A stretch of DNA of 64,000 nt from Fistulifera solaris (lineage: Eukaryota). Shown one piece after another: positions 59,143 to 64,000 of this stretch (position 1 is the stretch's first letter; each line of letters starts with the position of its first letter). The notes beneath the pieces are model-generated. The model ran no database searches. It was not told where the DNA came from and saw only the letters and a list, made by a program, of their open reading frames with translations. The translations under genes and the position numbers were made by a program. The stretch is from positions 1,488,001 to 1,552,000 of the forward strand of contig AP026164.1 of NCBI GenBank assembly GCA_030295235.1, written 5' to 3'.

Positions 59143-60984
59143 ATGCTGTCATTGAGCTTTTTTATCTTTCTTCTATGGTCGCAGGTTGGCGCCCAAAACA
59201 TCATGGAGAGGGCGAGAAGGCGTCGAAGTAAGTGTCGTCAAAACAGCTCAATGCCCTCTCTTTCGTTTGGGCTCAACTCGTCTTGTTCCTTTCGTAGGAC
59301 CAGCACGTGCAACCGCCATGTACAATGAAATGTGCCTCAGTAATAACCGAAATCCGTCGCATACTCCGTGTATGTGCGACTTTCTCCGGACGGTGGAAGA
59401 GGGAATCTACGACATGCCGTCCCATCGAGGATCCGAGATTCCTTGCATCAATAGCACCATCGATACTGGTGATTACCAGTATCCATGTCAAAACGTTGTA
59501 CTCTTGTCTATGGTAAGTTTGTCTGAACTTCTTCAGGGAGGCGACAATGAAGAGGGCAGTGACTGCTGGGGATGGACCGCATCGACGGGGGAAGAAATTG
59601 CCATTATCGGATTGGAGTCGATGGTGGGGTTCGTGGACATTACCGACCCGGTGAATCCCATTTATTTGGGTAGATTGCCCGCCCGTGGCAATCGTTCCTA
59701 TTGGCATGATATCAAAGTCTACGGCGACTACGCGTTCATCGTGTCAGAGAATAACAATCACGGAATGCAGGTAAGCTGGGCAGTGCTATGGTGAAAATAC
59801 AGTTCATTCGAGATTGCAGTTCTTACTTCGCATTTGATCGGACTAGGTTATTGAAATGACGCACATGGTGGGTTTGGATGTGTCTCAAGGACCCGTTATT
59901 TTCGCAGAGACGGTTCACTTTTCGAATTTCGCGACGGCCCACAACATCTTCATCCATGAAGAAACGGGCTATGCCTATGTGGTTGGCTCCAACATGTGCG
60001 AGAGTGGTCTCTACATCATTGATATCAAAGACCCTTTGTCACCGACATTCGAAGCATGTTTTAGTGAAGACGGATATGTGCACGATGTGCAATGTAAGTC
60101 GGCGATTCTTGCCCTCAATGAATGATTGATACGAATGTTTCTCACCCAAAGTTTTCTCTCTAGGTGTCATTTATAAAGGAGCCGACATTAGATACACCGG
60201 ACGCGAAATATGTTTCTCGTAAGTTGCAAATTCAATTTTACCTCCGCGGGTCGAAGCATCTCATGCTCGTTTTTCTAGGTGCAACACTGATACGGTCACC
60301 ATCATCGACGTGACAGACAAGTCGAATATGGTGATGCTATCCAGGACGACTTACGTCAACGTAGCGTACACACATCAGGGTTGGCTCACAGAAGACCACA
60401 ATACATTCTTCTTCGGCGACGAAAATGATGAAATGAATCATAACATGAAAACGAGGACGATGGTACTGAATGTGAAAGATCATCGAAATCCAATCGTTGT
60501 AGGGGCGTATACAGGCGCAACATCCGCAATCGACCATAATCTCTACGTTTTCGGCAATTATATTTATGAGGGAAATTATGCAAACGGTCTAGAGGTTCTC
60601 AGGATGGGTGACTCGATTGACCGAAAGGCCGATCTAAAACAGGTAGCACAATTTGATAGCTATCCAGAAGGTAAAGCTTCAACTTTCAACGGGGCATGGT
60701 CTGTCTTTCCGTATTTTGCCTCTGGAAATGTAATAATCAGCGACATAAATCGTGGCTTGATTGTAGTGAGAGTCGACACCGAAGGAGCCGATCCGCCTAT
60801 AAAGGCAGATTTAACTTGCTACAAAGCTGAGGCAAGCTGCGGTTTACTTGATAGGAGAAAAGGATTTTTTATGAACCGTCCTTCTTTCACAGGTCTTTTC
60901 TGTAGACGACGATGCATTCCCGAAGAAGATATCGAACGCCGTCTGTCAGCAGGTTGGAAATGCGGTCGATGTCGTGACGAGTGA
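59143..60984 (+). CDS. Secreted choice-of-anchor B / LVIVD-repeat protein, four GTAAG...AG introns (about 59228-59297, 59771-59847, 60094-60163, 60219-60278)
   Basis: Signal peptide MLSLSFFIFLLWSQVGA; YPCQNV, GSDCWGWT, WHDIKVY, HGMQV, AHNIFI, DGYVHDVQC, YTHQGWL, IDHNLYV, GAWSVFPYFASG; Cys-rich C-terminal module. Confidence 0.85.
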
Positions 60985-61039
60985 GATAAAGTTGTTGTCT
61001 GTCATCCTGCGAGCAAATCAACCAGCCACTGCTCAGAAA

Positions 61040-61101
61040 AGATTCACATCCACCATAAATCATATCACCAGATTCATATCCACCATAAATCATATCACCA
61101 G
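61040..61101. repeat. 30-bp tandem duplication (AGATTCA(C/T)ATCCACCATAAATCATATCACC x2)
   Basis: Directly visible between two convergent stop codons. Confidence 0.85.
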
Positions 61102-61122
61102 TACTTGGCTTTCCACGAGCCA

Positions 61123-62636
61123 TTATATCATGTCAAGCAAACGATCCACGAAGGATGAGACACGCTCAACTAAAGCTTTTGCATCGCGAAAGAACTGCAT
61201 GAGTTTTCGACCAGCTCGAAAGCATCCGAAAGGACTTCCGATAGCCACAATACACGTTTCGGATGTAACGTCTCCGGAAGAATTTCGGCGTATGCGCTTT
61301 CCTAAAAAAAGAGACCACAGGAATTCGAAAGCAATTGAGAAAATAGAGCTTGGCGCTGATTCAAGAATTGTTTTCTTCCAAATTTTTGACAGCTGTGGAT
61401 GTCTAATTTTTGGGGCCTGTATGCGGTAAACTGCTAGTACGCCATCTGTATCTAACCGGGCAACATATTGGCTTGGACGCCGGTCTCTCTGAAGGTCGGG
61501 TTCACTAACCCAAACAACATAACCTTCATTTTCAGCAACGGTGTACAGGAATAGCTGACTCGCTTGTAGCTTTAATCGACAATCGCTAAAAGCGCCGAAA
61601 TAAGGGAGTACTCTGACACTCTGGCTAAGCGACCATATTGGTTGCGGATCATTGTCGTCATTGATCGTACGATAAGAAACCAAGTCGCAATTAGACGAGA
61701 GCTCCACGTAATGTGACCCGCGGCGCATTGTACTTCCTTTCACTAAACTGACATCCGGCCACAAGGAAGAAGGGTCCATAAACTGAGGAATATAGCCCGA
61801 CTTACTTTCTGTCGTTGAACAATCGCCTTCAAACGCAAATGTCTCTTCGTGTAACACGATAGGAGCAATATGCAGCTGCTGAAACATAAATTCACCCGTG
61901 TAGAAATCCTGTTGCCGTACGTAATCTTGAGCAACGGTCTGCATGCGACCCTGATTGTTAATAAAATAGCTCGATGTTTCAATTTTCCGTAAGATTGTTT
62001 GTCCGTACTGGTCCATGAGAATTTCCTCCTCTTCGGCGAAACGATCGGGTGAACGACTTCCTTTTGAAATGAGTTGGTACCATACGCATTGTCCACATAG
62101 CTTGGCTGGTAGTACGATTCACTTCCGACGTAATCGCTCGAATAAAAATCACCAAACAAGTCCTGAAAGATGGCCCATGGATCAATCGGCTCATGAAACT
62201 GATGCCACGCCGTGTACATGTCGTCTGCACCGTCGGCAGACGGCGTACGCGAGAAGTCGTTGTGCGTTTGTTGATCGCGTCGTCGCAAATAATTGTCGTA
62301 TTCTTGCTTTTCTTTCGAAAGGACTTGATATGCTTCCGCGATACGCGCAAAACGATCATTGCCTTCCTGAGTCGTTGTCGTGTTGTCTCCCACCAGTTTG
62401 TCCGGATGCCATTGTTGTGCTTGCTTTCGATACGCTTTCTTGATCTCTTTTCACTGTAATCGACATTGCGATCGAGTCCTAGTATCTTGTAGTGATCCCA
62501 GTTCTCCCATTCGTATGTGTCATCCATCGCGGTAGAAGCAAACACATGGCGCAGGGGTAAGAAAGGATACGGTGCAAACGTCTGCAGAAAAAAACCACCA
62601 GCTGATCAGAAACAGCCGTGACCGCACCGACATCAT
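61123..62636 (-). CDS. Secretory-pathway DnaJ protein with a C-terminal beta-rich, bulb-type-lectin-like domain (frameshifted)
   Basis: Hydrophobic leader; DHYKILGL, AYRKQAQQWHPDKL (HPD), FARIAEAYQVLS, DPWAIFQDLFG; C-terminal CDLVSY...IWS, LFLY...VVWVS, YVARLDTDGVLAVYR. Confidence 0.8.
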
Positions 62637-62801
62637 AGTGAATGCATGAAAGACAAGCACCACAAAGAGCCGAGAAAGCTTCGTATCATTCGTTTTGGTG
62701 ATTTACTTTTGCATTTAAGTTTCTTTTTACTGACAAGTGGCATGAGAAATGCTCCAACGCGGCGTGTGATGAAGCTAGAGCGACGAGTGTCTTGTGCACG
62801 C

Positions 62802-62922
62802 TCCAGAATTTCTGGGTCCGGTGTTTTGGGTCATACAGAAGAATTTGTGGACGTTCCAGAAATTCTGGAACGTCGGTGTTTTGCGTCACACAGATATTTT
62901 GTGGACGCAGAAATTCTGGAAG
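62802..62922. repeat. About 52-bp tandem repeat (x2.3) with palindromic core CCAGAA(T/A)TTCTGG
   Basis: Cores near 62803, 62856 and 62908, each of the first two followed by CGGTGTTTTG(G/C)GTCA(T/C)ACAGA...TTTGTGGACG. Confidence 0.8.
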
Positions 62923-63361
62923 AATAAATAGCTTTAGTCATATTATGGTTGGCCCTATCCCTAATTTAATACACTCAAGTGTTTTCTTAAATCTGTCGAA
63001 GGGAATAAGCGTGTTTCTCCGTGATGGTAGGGACTGAAATACTCGGAGGTGTATGACGCTGGTTGGAAGGTTTCTATAGGCACTTTGAGATGACAAGGAA
63101 TATGAATTGTCTTCAGGTATGAAGAAATGCATTGGTTTGTCTATGATCGCCGACATCGACGAATGGCGATGTGTAGATACGGAGTACTTTATTAGTCGTA
63201 GCAGTAATTTCCATTATAATTAGGACCGTTTAGCCAGAACTGTTCGAGTTAATCCACATCACACGAGGTAGAAAACTGGCACTCTATCTTGGTGTAGATT
63301 CTTATTCTATTGAAAGGCTTTTACCTATTCGTTTATATCTGACGTCCGACTGCTTTTGACG

Positions 63362-63590
63362 TACTACTATAGACCAAAGTGTACCCGTCTCTCAACTTTT
63401 CCACGACTGCATTTTCAGTCATGAAGCAAGGATTTTCGAGCCCCGCTGCTACCCACCCTGCTATCGTTTCTTAATGTTGTTGAATGAAATCCCTTTTTTA
63501 AACCTTTTTAGATCGTTGCCTTCCCTTGTTTACTATCTACCAGAGTGTAGACGACGTTTCTTCATGACTGCATTTCAGTCATGAGTTCAA
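63362..63590. repeat. Third cluster of the hairpin repeat family
   Basis: CCACGACTGCATTTTCAGTCATGAA near 63401 and TCATGACTGCATTTCAGTCATGA at 63562-63584, each preceded by an ACTAT...AGTGTA block as at 31781 and 32005. Confidence 0.75.
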
Positions 63591-64000
63591 TTTTGCCGTG
63601 CAAGCAAAAATGCAACTACCGGTACGGTACCGGTACCGGTACCGGGGACCAGGTCCCCGTATGGTTCCAGGTATGTAACGTAATGTACCAAGTAGATGTT
63701 TTTGCCATGAAACATGAGGGTATTAACGAATGAGTGCAACAGTTCATAAGCTTGTATATTCTACTCTAAAGAACGAGTCGATTATTGAGCAGTTTGTATT
63801 TAAAATAGAAAATTTACACTGCACAATCTCATCGTGCTCAAAGCTGACAAGGACGACCAAGCGAGCGGTCAATACTCAGCATTCATGTCTCACCAGATGA
63901 GGTAGGCAAGAAGCAAGCCAACAATCATGCTAATCACAAACAAGACTCCTAATAGAGGGTATGATGCGCCGCTCGTTGCTTCACAACTGGCGTATTCACC

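Noticed and set aside
61040..61101. 30-bp duplication as a regulatory element
   Set aside because: Two-copy local slippage in a 3' intergenic gap with no other copies in the window.
3049..62636. Frameshifts in RPN10, translin, AKTIP, EDC4, LTN1, cyclase, DnaJ and Copia pol read as programmed frameshifting or mass pseudogenisation
   Set aside because: They hit essential genes indiscriminately, often at short homopolymers, and protein similarity continues in the next frame; uncorrected long-read indels are the simplest explanation.

Overview
Gene-dense eukaryotic DNA (roughly mid-40s % GC by eye, few short GT-AG introns), most likely a pennate diatom judging from gene families, a bipartite plastid-type presequence and a CoDi-like Copia element. 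Many conserved genes are split by single-base frameshifts, which points to uncorrected assembly indels. Recognisable genes: MCM3 (partial), RPN10, an ankyrin protein, PhyH dioxygenase, a two-domain translin/TRAX protein, tRNA-Ser(AGA), a sulfotransferase-like protein, two E2-fold (UEV) proteins including AKTIP/FTS, EDC4, RPL10, a glutaredoxin-DEP-DUF547-GAF protein, listerin/LTN1, APC11, a membrane class III nucleotide cyclase, a choice-of-anchor-B/LVIVD protein and a secreted DnaJ protein with a lectin-like tail. Mobile DNA: a full-length 7.1-kb Ty1/Copia element (454-bp LTRs with non-canonical TG...GA ends, half-tRNA-iMet PBS, 5-bp TSD) inserted into one of two nearby paralogs of an unrecognised PDZ/C2/ankyrin/CCCH multidomain gene, and a 1-kb internally deleted PIF/Harbinger element. 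Unexplained non-coding structure includes a dispersed family of ~215-bp tandem units with a conserved hairpin, 34-bp and ~52-bp palindromic arrays, and (GGTACC)n tracts. All domain calls are by motif recognition; no searches were run.
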